DNA from: Psilocybe cubensis
Taxonomy: Eukaryota
Direction: 5' to 3'
NCBI GenBank assembly: GCA_017499595.2
Contig: CM039008.1
Coordinates: 682,001-746,000 of the forward strand
Length of the DNA stretch: 64,000 bases
Shown: in pieces, positions 13,466-25,900 of the stretch
Numbering within the stretch: the first letter of the stretch is position 1
How the letters are laid out: every line of letters begins with the position of its first letter
Notes under the pieces: generated by a model
Seen by the model: the letters and a program-made list of their open reading frames with translations, nothing else
The model's database searches: none
Told to the model about the DNA's origin: nothing
Made by a program: the position numbers and the translations under genes

Positions 13466-13662
13466 ACTGCCCTGGCAATGAGCCTGGGTAGTTTAAGCGT
13501 TCTGCCCTAGCAATGAGCCTGGGTAGTTTATGAGTTCTGCCCAAGCAATGAGCCTGGGTAGTGTCTCGCGTTCTGCCCTAGCAATGAGCCTGGGTAGTTT
13601 GCGCGTACTGCCCGAGCAATGAGCCTGGGTAGTGAGGCTGCCCGAGCAATGAGCCTGGGTAG
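13466..13662. repeat. Second array of 6 CTGCCCnnGCAATGAGCCTGGGTAG units (~35-bp period)
   Basis: Cores at 13475, 13510, 13545, 13581, 13616, 13646; lies upstream of the 10313-13422 gene. Confidence 0.9.
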
Positions 13663-13792
13663 CGAAGAAGAACCAATGACGCAGGAACGTGTTGAGATCA
13701 CCACGCGTGTCGGAGTTTGAAATTGCCATCAGGCGGAATCTGAATTTGGGTAGGGTTCCGTTTGTTGGCTCTGTTGACTTCCGCACCACTAC

Positions 13793-14320
13793 CACCCTTC
13801 AACCCACGGAAATACCTGGGGGTTCGTTGGGTGGCAGCCTGCTGACTACGGTGATTCCGTAGTCTGTAGGCTGCTCAAGTCGGTGCCCACATCCTTCAAC
13901 CCACGGAAATACCTGGGGGTTCGTTGGGTGGCAGCCTGCTGACTACGGTGATTCCGTAGTCTGTAGGCTGCTCTCGGTGCCCACATCCTTCAACCCACGG
14001 AGATACCTGGGGGTTCGTTGGGTGGCAGCCTGCTGACTACGGTGATTCCGTAGTCTGTAGGCTGCTCTCGGTGCCCACACCCTTCAACCCACGGAAATAC
14101 CTGGGGGTTCGTTGGGTGGCAGCCTGCTGACTACGGTGATTCCGTAGTCTGTAGGCTGCTCAAGTCGGTGCTCACACCCTTCAACCCACGGAAATACCTG
14201 GGGGTTCGTTGGGTGCGCGTATACACCCCTTCTCGTTGTCGAAAGCCCTGGCCACAAGCTTCAACACACGGATATACCTGGGGCGTCTTGGGTGGCTACC
14301 TCCTGGCTATGGTGATTCGC
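13793..14320. repeat. 94-97-bp tandem repeat (4 full, 1 partial, 1 degenerate copy), each full unit with a hairpin
   Basis: Unit CCTTCAACCCACGGAAATACCTGGGGGTTCGTTGGGTGGCAGCCTGCTGACTACGGTGATTCCGTAGTCTGTAGGCTGC... Confidence 0.93.
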
Positions 14321-14518
14321 GGTGGGCTATTTTTATCCTCTGACAGCTCGCTGTCGATGGCGATCGCGCCTCCTTCGCCCGCTAGTTATGGCAATGGCGC
14401 GGAATAGCGCGGACATCTGTACCTCCTCAGGTGTCCATTACATAACCACTGCGCTCGGTATATGCGGAAGGGAGTTTTTTTCATCCCTTTTCTTCCCGTA
14501 CCACCACCATCCACCACC

Positions 14519-16630
14519 ATGCTCACCCCGACCCAGATTGAAAAAGCCCTCACGGCTATCGACACCAACAAAGAACTCGAGTAAGCCTGAATCCCCCCCT
14601 CCCCCGTCCCCGTGCGCGTTAACCGCTAACGTTATTTGTAGATGCCCCGAACTAGCAGACACTCTGAAGGGCGCGAGATGGATTCACCAGTCCATCGACC
14701 CATTTATGAACGTAAAGAGCGTCATCCAAGAGGGTCTCGAGTTTCTGGCCAACCATATAACGGATGGTATGACCCGACAACAAATATTGGAGTAAGTATA
14801 TGCGCCTTTTTTTTTCTGGGGCATTTATTTATGCATATATTAGTTTACAACCCAAGCTCTGGTCCTTCTATGAGATGCAGGACTTGATGCCCGACCTTAT
14901 GGATATCATCAAGAAGTGCGAGGACAATTCTGCCTTGATTGGCAAAGTCATTGATTTGGTAAGAATTTTGTGAGGTCGCATGTACAGATCGACTAACCAT
15001 ACTTGTAAGGTATCGAGTGCTGCAGCTCATTCGCGATCCGACGATCTCTTCAAGGCACATAAGTTGATCCCGGAGTTGATCCCATTTGATCTGAGGGTCC
15101 CACTTGACCTACAGGCCTACAAACTGGCCTGTGCCAGGGTGAACCGGGGCTATAAACACCCTGCATACGCCGCTCTTTTAATCCCGCGTGTCAAGTTCGC
15201 CGAGCTCGCCGACCTCAATGCGCGTGAAATTCTGTAAGTCGGCTTGTTATTTTCTGCGAATATGAGTTGATTTATTTGTGGATAGCGTGCGATGTGAATC
15301 ACTCGAAGCCGATACCAAAAATGGAGACGCGCTGGATTGGCCAGCTTGCTTGTATGACCCTGACATCCCATTTGACATAGACGACGAGGTCCAAGGTCTG
15401 TTTCGACCACCCTTGGGTCCCCAAGTAAGTTTTTTTTTATGTTTTGACATGTCATTGATACATATTGGCACTCTAGTTCGTCCAACGTATGCTTGTAGGC
15501 GAGGCCAACAGGCTTGGAGGACGTGCCAGCAAAGGACAGATTCACAAAGTATATGAACTAACGATAAGACTCATATGTTATTATTGCATGATGGTAAGTG
15601 GACATTGCCAGTAGTCTGTCAGTGCTAACCTCCTTCAAAGCTTGTCATTGCAATCAGCGGTAAGACTTGGCCTGAGGCGAAGAGCATTTTGAAGGCCGAC
15701 CGCCTCTACGCATCTATTCTGACGCTTCTGTCGGGTCTTTCTGATGACGATACGTGGGCCAAGGAGACTGTGGCTTGGTGGCAAGAGTAAGCGTGCCTTA
15801 CGCGCTTGATTTTATGCTAATGAATTTCTAGGAACATTATCTTGCCATCTGAGCCCGTGGATCATGACAAGAAGTCGTCCCCTTTGGAAGGTAGTGCACG
15901 CGACGGACGCCTCAGAGACCCGGTAGAACGGCGTAAAGCTCAAATGGCCGCTGCGGCTCAAGCACCTGCACCTGCTCGTGCACCTGCTCGTGCACCTGCT
16001 CGTGCACCTGCACCCGCACCCCCTCGTGCACCCACACCCGAACCTGCTCGTGTACCCACACCCGCACCTGCATCTCCTCAAGCACGCGCACCCTCCTCCC
16101 ACCCCGCCCCAGATAATGGGTCTGCACCAGCGCTAGCTAAAGCATTTGCAGCTGTTTCACTGGCGGAACCTGTGCCTCAACAAGTCTCCCGTCGCCGAAT
16201 GGCATTAAACGCGATTAGGATCCCTTCAGAATCCCCCCCTGACCTCCCTTCCGAGGATTCTTCCTCTCTTTCTTCCGAAAACGAACGCTCCCCTTCCCCA
16301 CCAGCCCCGATCAAGATCAAGGTGCGTTTTCACTCGAGATTGGTTCATTACACTAATATTATGATTAGCTCCCTGCAAAGAGGAAAGCGGCGCCACGCCG
16401 CCCTGGTCCAAAGCGTAAAGACGTGAGTGTATTTATTACATTCTCTATCTAGGGCTCATATTAGCTACAGGCACCACCTTCAGACCCCTTCGAGACCGGG
16501 GATGAGGCCCAGCCTACTCCCAATTCTGACGCCACCGCCGCCGACGGTGAAGAACCACCAGCTAAAAAGGCCAGGACCCAGGCCAAGGGAACGCGCCAAC
16601 CTATCAAACGTAAGGCTAAGAAATTCTGAT
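14519..16630 (+). CDS. Multi-exon TE-cargo protein, DUF6698-like, with Pro/Ala-rich C-terminus
   Basis: MLTPTQIEK..., ARWIHQSIDPF, AHSRSDDL, GYKHPAYAALLIP, WPACLYDP..GLFR; many short GT-AG introns; family call from motif recall only. Confidence 0.6.
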
Positions 16631-19320
16631 GTCTCTCATTGCTGTAATTATTGCTCTGCTCTGCCCTGCTTTACATACCATGCCTGTACTTTTATTACTG
16701 AATAAATAAATTTGTTCTATTATAATCTGCTGGGTGCCTCAAAATCCCATTCAATCCTCCTTATCATTGAGAAACCCAATAAATTCTCGCAATGTTTTAT
16801 AACGCTCTTGATTCCTTGTCATCTCATACAGTAATTTGTTGAGATTATAAACTAGCCGCTTATTCTTTCATATTGCAATACCCAAAAATATTGTAAACCT
16901 CAAATTAATTTATTCACACTGCAATATTTCCGGTTTCTCACAACATTTCAAGAGGGTTGTAACGCAGTGTGAGAATTTCGAATAAAAAAATATTTAATTG
17001 GGTTTACAATGCTTTGTAATCTACCCGCACTTTTTATGATGAAAGAGGACCGGAGGTCAGCACACAGATGACGTGACTTTGAAAAAAGTCTCTCCACCGA
17101 GACACTTGTTCCTGGAATAGCCAGAAAGTCTTTGGCCATTCTACTAATGACCGGGAAGTTGTGCCCGTAGTTCTGTAGAATTATCAATTCTCAATGGTTA
17201 GTAAAGTATTCCAAACAATTAATAAGTGACGAAATTGCTTACTTTCCACCATAATAAAGGTTTGTTTGGTTCTCCACAACCAAATATTTGTCGAGCTTGA
17301 AGAAAATGCTCGCGTTCGTCTGTGGTGGGAGAAATTGCCTCTTCATTTACTGCATCGTCTTCGAAGAAGGCAATTTCATCAAGAAAACTTGAGGAGGCTG
17401 AGCTTTGTCGAGTAAGTGGCACTGCTGACTTCGGAGAATTTTCAAATGTAGCCTTGTAACGATCAAATGCATGCTTGAAAATGGTCTGAGCTTTAGCAGC
17501 TCGGTCACCAGAAGCATCAACTAGACGAAAAAATCTGATTCCAAGGAATGGATGTAGCACTAGTTATGATTAGACACATTTGTGGCAATAGCAAAATAGT
17601 TTAAGAACGTACTCGTGGCAATAATGTTGTAATGACAGTTTTGAGCTTTCCCATGATACTTGTACAGCTTTTGAAGTCCTGCGGCCGCTGCTTCTTGAAG
17701 TGATGGAAGCAAGTTCATGTCGCTCGCAGCTTTTGAGAGATGTTTATCCATGAAATCATACATTGGAAGGACCCAGGGTAATGTTGGAGTGTTGGAATGC
17801 GACATCTGGAGTGTAACCTGAGCAAAGGGTTCCAGAATAGTTTCAAGCTTCTCGAGATAAGACCAGCTTTCTCGGTCAAGCACAAGGCTACTAAACCCAT
17901 GTAGCGATGCCCATCCGTTAATTGCCTATAGTAAATTCAAAGTCAGTACAATCTTATCAGATGCAAAACGTGAAGAAAATCAAACATTTCTAAGCATTAG
18001 AGCCCGCTTTATCATTGCGTGTGTATAGTTCCACCGTGTTCGAACATCCCGGATAGGTAGCAAATGGGCAATCAATACTTTGGGTGCCGGTTCTGCTGTA
18101 GTTGATGAAGGGGTATCAATTTTAGAAGATGGTTTTACCTCGTCCCTATACATTGTTGATGCAATTTTACGAAACTGTGCACGCCGTTGAGGAGATGATA
18201 AAATCTTTGATACGGTTGTGCGAAGCTAAAATAAAATTGAATCAATTAAGTAGAAAGCTCCAGCCAGCATGCAAGAATCTACCTTCAAAAGAGGGCTGAG
18301 GGCTGGCATAGAGCCGGCCAAAAGTATATGATCTTCCTTGTCTTCAGCAGACACCATAAAGGCGGTGCATTCATCTCCATTTTCCCCTTCACCAGCTTCG
18401 CGCTCCATTTCCTGAACAGCTGTATCGTTGTTGGCATCGTAGTGTACCGGCAGATCTTTCATTGTTTCGTAATAGTCATTATTTTCAGGATGTTCGGCCT
18501 CACCAAGAGTGGCAAGAATTTTTTGCACTACAAGATTGATGACGTGTGCAAGGCAGCGAATCTGCGCATTTTCAGGAATAAATTGTATGTCAAACTTGTT
18601 GATTAGAAGACGAGATAGTGTTCGCAGAAGAACATCGTTGGTTGCCGCATTATCGCAGGTTACTGCTAAGAGGTATTAAATTAGGTAAGTAATCGTGATC
18701 TAGTAAGCATCGCACAATGAAAACTGGCTCATCTTTTCTAAAACACCCATGTCCGACAAAGCTTTTGCCATCCCTTTGGCAGCATACTCACCTTCATGCT
18801 CCTTGTCAACAATTGTATGAAAGTCGATTACCCGTTCTACCAGCTCCCAGTCATCCGATACCCAGGTGGCAATGGTTCCCGCAAATGTAAAAATCATTGA
18901 TTTTGTAGTCCAGGTATCCGTCGAGACTGCAATTTTTGATTTGACGCTCTACAGAATACAATATGTTAGTCCACATATTGGGTATTGAGTATAATGTACG
19001 TACCTCTAACTCGCCTTTTACAACTCTATTCATCTCACAAAAAATCTTTGCAAGATAGTTGCGAACAGTTGTGTCTGATGGTAGCATGTATCGGCTCTCG
19101 ATGTATTTGAAAAGGCGACCAATGCCAGATGTTTCACCAGTTGTAAAGGGTAAGTCGTCCTCTAGAATCCATGCTGCGAACACGCTAAAAAAACCTTTCT
19201 GTGTTCGTGCCAGAGCCGGATTAATCTCGCCGTCCTTGAGATAGTCCTCCATAACTTTTGCTGAGGCTGCGGAAATTCCCCGAAGCTCGCCGGAACCATT
19301 AGGAGCAACAGGTGGTACAG

Positions 19321-19638
19321 CACATAAGACAGTTTATTTATAACGTACATTACCTAAGATTTAATAATAAGGATATTACGTGACATACGGTGGATTTACT
19401 CCCGCTACCTAATTAGGAGATTAGCGTGATGTACGTGTGATTTAGCCTGGCAAATCATAGCGTACATGACGTGCCATTTAGCGCTAAATGGAGCCGCCGG
19501 GTGGCCTGCGGGATCCGCGCGTCTACCTACACGGAAGAAACACGGGCCGGAAATGAGCCGGACGGGTCCATTTGCATCCCGTGTATTGCAAGCAGACGGA
19601 TCCGCTTGACCCGTGTTGTGCTGTCAGACGGACCCATT
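19321..19638 (+). repeat. Left TIR of the KDZ element (318 bp)
   Basis: Reverse complement of 34638-34955. Confidence 0.95.
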
Positions 19639-19763
19639 CATCCATCCGCTTCTGTATTCCGACAAATATCCGCCTTGAATCGTACATTGGATGACCGTTA
19701 ATATATGTAATAAGGTGTATAGATTATACTGGCAGCAAATTCCTTTCCACATACCCTGATAGT

Positions 19764-21043
19764 ATGGATTATGCCTTTGAGCTAACCCAATCCCTCTCAA
19801 ACTACATGAAGGCAAAGATAGCTAGTCGTCTTTGGCATGCAGAACTGCCTAATCAAATCCGGGAAAACTTCAGTGCTGAGACCATGTTTGAGTGCAATCT
19901 AGCTGTGGAAGTGATTTTGCAGGCATTTGAAAATCAAGGTATGCAATCAATAAGCTTTGAAAATTGAGATTAAATAATGTGTGAATGGCAGAATATACGA
20001 CGTGGGATGCAGAAGAATATTTGACCCATCTCAGCGCACGTTGCACGGGTCAGAATTCTGCCGTTGAGGCTCGCCTGAAAGACCAGTTTCCTCCGGTGCA
20101 TTCCACGTTACAGTACCAAACCCTGCCCGGAACTGTAATCGATAGTGCAGGCAACATATTGGTGTGGTACCTGCCAGGTATTTTGTCAGAGACAAGGGTG
20201 GTGAGTTTTAGAAACGGACCGATTAATTCCTATATTATGCGTTCTAAAGAGTAACAGGAGAGTGTGTGGAATTCATTACGGGATATTGAAACAATGATTC
20301 ACAAGGCGGCACCTTTGGCCACAAGCTGGAGGGTCAATGACAGTTACTTTCGACATGAGCCAGGTTGGCTTCAACCTGGAAATCTTAACTTTTCCCCGGC
20401 ATGGTTTCAGCAAGGCCATGAGGTGAGAAACTTGTTTGCTAAGTATTATACTGCCTCATATTTTCCTCAGACGTCCAACCCGCTTGAGGTCTCCTTGGAC
20501 TTGTGTAATCCTATTGGACAGGAGTTTATACGAGACATGATGACATCTTCGGCTTTGCTGGGAGCCATCTTGAGCATTATACACCCCGAGCAGTACCGGG
20601 CGGGAATAAAATTTCTTCAACGGCTTGCTGCGGAACCGGAGTTCGTCCATAAGGCCGAAATATTGAAGCAAATTCTCACAATATGGAGTTCGCCCTTTGG
20701 AGTCATGACCGCCATCAGCAACCGAGATACACCGTACCATCGGGATAATGGGTCATGCTACTCATGGTACGATTTTTTGATGCCACTTGGGAAGGGTGAA
20801 CACGGACGGCTTGAGCTTCCTGGCCTTGGACTTCGGTACAAGTATGATCCCATGACCCTTGTTGCAATTACCGGCAGGTTGCTTCAACACGGCGCGGTGT
20901 GCGAGGGAGATAGGGCAGTCATAGTCTATTACATGCGTAGGAATGTATTTAAAGAGCTGGGAGTCCAAGAGGCGGGATGGTCTACTACGTACGATCTTTT
21001 TGCAAATTTACCGGCCACCAACACTTTTGATTTTGAAATATGA
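19764..21043 (+). CDS. TET/JBP-family 2OG-Fe(II) dioxygenase (fungal TET-like; about 4 exons)
   Basis: GNILVWYLPG, FSPAWFQQGH, TPYHRD (HxD), LELPGLG, LLQHG (distal His), GDRAVIVYY (2OG-binding Arg); located in a KDZ element, as is established for basidiomycete TET/JBP genes. Confidence 0.87.
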
Positions 21044-21270
21044 TCAGTTTTTGACTTGGAAGTTGGGTTTGGGGAAGATTTTTTTATATTTCCAAAACAA
21101 AACGGTACGAAAGCTACAGAACAACCAGAATTCTCTGTCCCAGGGTGTTTCCGACGCGCCCGCGCTGAGCTCTTCCAAGGTTACCGGAATCATCGGACTC
21201 CGCCGTCGTATTACCGGCGGAAAAGGCATCATCCGCCTCCTCTTCGATGTCCTGTGCGAGAGGTGGGCAA

Positions 21271-22895
21271 CTAAGATTCCTCATCCCAGGGTGTTTCCGA
21301 CACGTCCTCGCTAAGCTCTTCCGAGTTACCGGAAGCATCTGACTCCTCCGTCGTATCACCGGCGGAAGACTCCTCATCCGCCTCCTCTTCAAAGTCCTGT
21401 GCGAGATGCTCTAAAAACGTAGCTGGTGTAGAGGATTCAGTGGTATCGGACGTACTATCAATATCATCCTCTTCTCCCGGGAAAACAGGTCTTGACCTTG
21501 CGTTAAAAAGGAAGGCATTGCTGGTGTGTGCATTTGACGGAGGGCTGACGGAACCGGGAGTAGGCAGAGTATCTGTTGGGAGATGAATATTTGCAGTGTT
21601 GGAGGGTGGCGAATGATACCAGAGTGGATGAAAAGGTAGTTCCTTGACGGCAATAAAAGAATAAAAAATGTCGTTGATGTAAAATGAAGCGACTTTGAGC
21701 TTTGAGACCTCGAAGGACCGGGCTTGAGCCGTTATAGCGCCCCAACTGTCAGGAGAAGGGTGAATGGGATGCTGAAATTTGTATTTGGCTGAAAGCCCCT
21801 TGCCGTTAGAGAACGGGTGCTCCTTAGAGTCAATCCACATCTTCTCCAATACAGAATATCTGCCCAAGGCGGCCGAAGAAGTAGTCACTGCTTTATGGGC
21901 ATTTTTCATTTTGTCCGCCACATTCCGGCGCAGGTGAGCCAACTCCCTCATTACGCCCGTTAGGATAGGCTGACCGCAGCGGGGACAGTAGGGCGGTCTG
22001 TGGTCAGAAATTGCAATTGGGGATGTTTCATCCCGCGTGTTTGCAACACGGGTCGGCGGATTGGGTTTCCCCGTGGGCGGTGAAAACGCGGAGCCGTGCT
22101 TTCCCGTCAACGCGGATCCGTGCTTCCCCGAGGTGGGGACGGATGTCCGTTCAGCCGCCTTTCCCTTGCCCTTGGGATTGTTTTCCTGATTTCTTGGAGG
22201 CCCAGAGGTAGATGAACTTGCGCCCTCCTTAGCTTCTTTCCTCTGATTATTTAGCCGGAGTACCTCTTGTTGGTATTCAGGCAGAACCACCTGGTGGGAA
22301 GGACGCAAATCAGATATAATCCACAGCAATAAAAAAACATACCTTGTTCCAAAATTCTCTTGCTTGCGATTCAACGGTAACAAAGGCAACTTGCCACTCA
22401 TCGCCTTCAGCAAATCCGTCCCTCCACCAATATCCCCAGCTCTTGGTCTGATTTAAAATTTCATCATCTTCCCATGCTGACCAGCTTTGATTTAGAGATT
22501 CAAATAGAACAGCTCGATGGTGGGGAGTTCGGTTCAAAACGGCATGTACGCTCTGATTGAGAATTTCTGATATAAAAAATGGAATATCGACTTGGAATCC
22601 ATTGACATAGCAGTATCCGAGTACTCTCAGCAGTATAGCCTGACGACCAGTTCTCAATACAAGATATAATCGTTCAAAATTACTGTCTTACCACCTCCAG
22701 GTCGAGCAAATACATCCATTTTTGGCGACGCACGGAGGAAACAGAGTCTCCGTTTGCAATGAACAAACGGTATCCGGCACGGATCCGTGCACCACAAATA
22801 TGGACATGAACTTTGGCCAGAGCACGTCGCTCATCATAGGTAAGGAGATGATGTTCGTCCTCGACAGGAGGTTTAAAAAGCCGCGGTAAGTGCAT
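21271..22895 (-). CDS. Hypothetical KDZ cargo protein (multi-exon; CPRC motif, acidic tail)
   Basis: ORFs 22680-22964, 22310-22657 and 21271-22413 can be joined by GT-AG introns; start uncertain. Confidence 0.55.
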
Positions 22896-22939
22896 GAATT
22901 CAACGAGATGGGATACAACAAGAATGTTCAAAGAACTGG

Positions 22940-25900
22940 TTAATCTGTAATTATAAATCTCCACACGGACGGATACTCCGGGTTAATTTGACGGAAGACC
23001 TTATCCGCGGCCCGCCCCAGATCATTCCACATGGCAATCTGCTTTTGAGCATTTGCCCTGTGACCAACTAACCTGTCAGGAACAAAATCATGCCGTGCAC
23101 GCCATGTCTTTGCCATATACACATAAAATCTGACAGTCCATTCCATTTCCTTTTTTGTCAAGGCCAGCTCCTCTTGCCATCTATTCCTCTGAGCTCGCGC
23201 GCGGAGCCAGTTTAGCCTAAAGACTAAGAAGCCCTTGAGAAAAAAATTAGAAATACAAATAGCAGTACTCACACTCATTAACGTATAATTGATTATCATT
23301 GTCCAGGCCCTGACGGGATCTCCAAATCCAACTTAGACGGTCCGAGCTTCCTCCGCGAATGTTCGGATCCGACACGGCATTACTATGCTTGCAATCATGG
23401 ACTTGCAGAATGGGATATTGTTTCCGAATATTATCCTCGTCTCGCACGCCAGCAGATAAATAGATCATCTTCTGACGGTTTGTGTTGTAGAGTCGCCGGT
23501 GCAATTTCCAGGAAGCATTCAAAAGCTTGACGCCATCCCAAGCACGAGTCCCCATATAGACGGAGTCGGCGGTCCGAACCTGATATTTATACTGCCAAGA
23601 AAGCTGGATCAAGGCTGACCGGACCGCTTCCAGACAGTCCTCTGCGTGGCCATGTCTTATTTGAAGTTCAAGTTTGCGAAGCCCTTTTAAAATGAGGTTT
23701 GTTCCCGCGTCAAGGCCGTCAAAGAAATCTTGTTTGACGGCGGAGGGAAACGGAAGCGGCTGTCGTTCCGGATCCGCGCGGGTAATGTTGACATTTCCAA
23801 GATCAGGATCGTCGTTGTCACTGACTTCATAGTCAAGTATGGGAGCGATGTCCCCTTGAATATCCTCCAAGACATCTTCGCCCATGAAGGTCATAGCGGA
23901 TCGACAGAAGGCTTCAACGCGGGTCCGCATGGAGCGACGTTTATTGACCAAGTCAAGTTTCTGCGCGGTGGAAGGATGCTTTCCGAGCTTTCTGACATGG
24001 TCCCTGAGCTCCAATCTAAAAGCATGTTAAATTCTGTAGGATGCAATTGAAATAATCGTACTGCGCTTGCTCCAGTTTTAAGCCGGATGATATCCATGCT
24101 GCCTTTCCAGTAGCACCATTAGATGTAAGTTCCATATTTGAAAGATGCAATTCAATTTCTTGGCGTCCAGCAGCCGTTTTCACTTTGCTTGCCATTACCT
24201 TGCCAACAGCGTCGGCCACACCTTGTTCTCGGTCCGCTTCTGCTTTTGAAATTTCATCTTCCCAAGTGTTGATGAGCCCGGAATCTTGTTGATCCGTGAT
24301 ACCCCTATAAAATCGGTCTGTGATTCCGGACTGTTCCCGTGCCCGTTTGAACTTTGCAGCAATTGTTGCAGCCATATTAATGGTCTTCTTCCAGTTGGAA
24401 TCCCCCATGTGGTCGTCCAAAACCTCTGCTCGATGGGCAGTGGTAGCGGAACGTGTACTCCGGGATGTGTCATTTAACACGGACCACAACAGCTCCAGGA
24501 TTTCTCCGTCAATGATTCCCACACCCGGGACATAGGTGGATGCGTAGTTGTAAAGACATTCCGTCTTGTGCCCGTGGACGTGAAATAAACCAATTGCAAA
24601 AATCATTTTAACAGAAGGTGGCCAATGCATTTTTGTGGACTCTGAGAGACGCCTTGCCAAGTTAACGCAATATTGACAGTTTATATCGTAGATTTCCAAA
24701 TGTTTTGTGATTCCCTGTGTGTTGGTAGTTTCCCTGGCCTGAGTCAAAGACCAATCCATGTGCATCTGCTTTTCGCCTTTGTCAAAATCGACAACGCTGG
24801 ATGGACAGAAGCATCCGTGCCTAGCGCAAGCGTGTGCCCCAATTCCACGTACTCTCTTACCCGGGCTGACTCTGTTTTCAGCTTTCTGGGCGTGGTAGTT
24901 ATGACATGTTTGTTCCTGATATTTTTTTACACGGAGGATAAGCCATCCGCCGTGGAAGATTTTTTTGACACGGAAGGGAAGCATCCGCCGTGGAAGATTG
25001 TGACACGGAACGTAAGCATCCGCCGTGAAAGATAAATCATGGTAGATAACGCACCCGTTTATAACGTGGAGCAAGAGAAATTGCTTCCTTGATGTGCTCC
25101 TTGTATGGGCCCGGAGCAGTCATGTATCCTTCTCCAACGCTCAACCAAACATCGTCTCCCTCGTTTTTCTGATTGAGGTGATCTGCTTTGAAATTACCAT
25201 CTGCAACATAACTACGTATGTACAGATTGCTATTTGCTGTTAATTGCAGTCACCCTTGAAGAATAACTAAAACTTGCCTGTCAGCATCATCAATCCAGGT
25301 ATCAGGTAGGTTTATTCCAGGCTGTGGACAGGCGGGGCAGAATAAGGCCAACTTCCCTCTCCTATCTTCAACTTTGGGATGATCCTCGGTCCGCATCATT
25401 TGTGGTGCAGGCGGACCATCTAATCCGCCGTGTCCCAGAGACGGGTCCGTTGACATTCCGACTTCTTGAGACGGACTATCAGATCCGCCGTCAATTGGAT
25501 CAGATACATTAATACCCATCCTCTCTGGTGATGAATCATGGCAATGATGATAGTAAGGGACCACCGCTTCTCTTGTATGCCCTTCTCCGTATTGTCGTCT
25601 CAGGACAAGGTCCCTGTATTCTCTACTAAGCCTTCTCAATTCACGATAGCGGTTCAGCACCTTTTTTGGAAACGCTGGCGAAGTCAGTCTTCGCAACTTT
25701 TGGTAATACTGATAAGCCGACGTTTTGCACTCGAGGTTGTCCATCCGAAAGTCCTCAAGGACCTCAACTGTGAACACAGTTTGAACGTTTTCAAAGCTGG
25801 CTGCAAATAATCCCATCTCCAGATACTGTAAATCGATAGACGGAAGGCGGACGGACCGGCATGTGCATGTTCGCACGGGCAGATAATGGACTCCGGAGGT

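Larger units (their letters stand above)
3568..17041 (-). mobile_element. Plavaka (CMC/EnSpm-related) DNA transposon, 13.5 kb, multi-gene
   Basis: Imperfect TIRs CATCA-N12-GTAGATTACAAAGCA(A/T)TGTAAACC at both ends; 2-bp TSD AA (3566-3567, 17042-17043); excision restores the hAT codons; Plavaka-type transposase inside. Confidence 0.87.

Noticed and set aside
9685-13662. CRISPR array interpretation of the GCAATGAGCCTGG repeats
   Set aside because: Eukaryotic context, no cas genes, and the linkers are short and related to each other rather than unique spacers
19313-19320. 8-bp Zisupton-type TSD
   Set aside because: Only 7 bases match, and a 7-bp duplication is what restores the hAT frame
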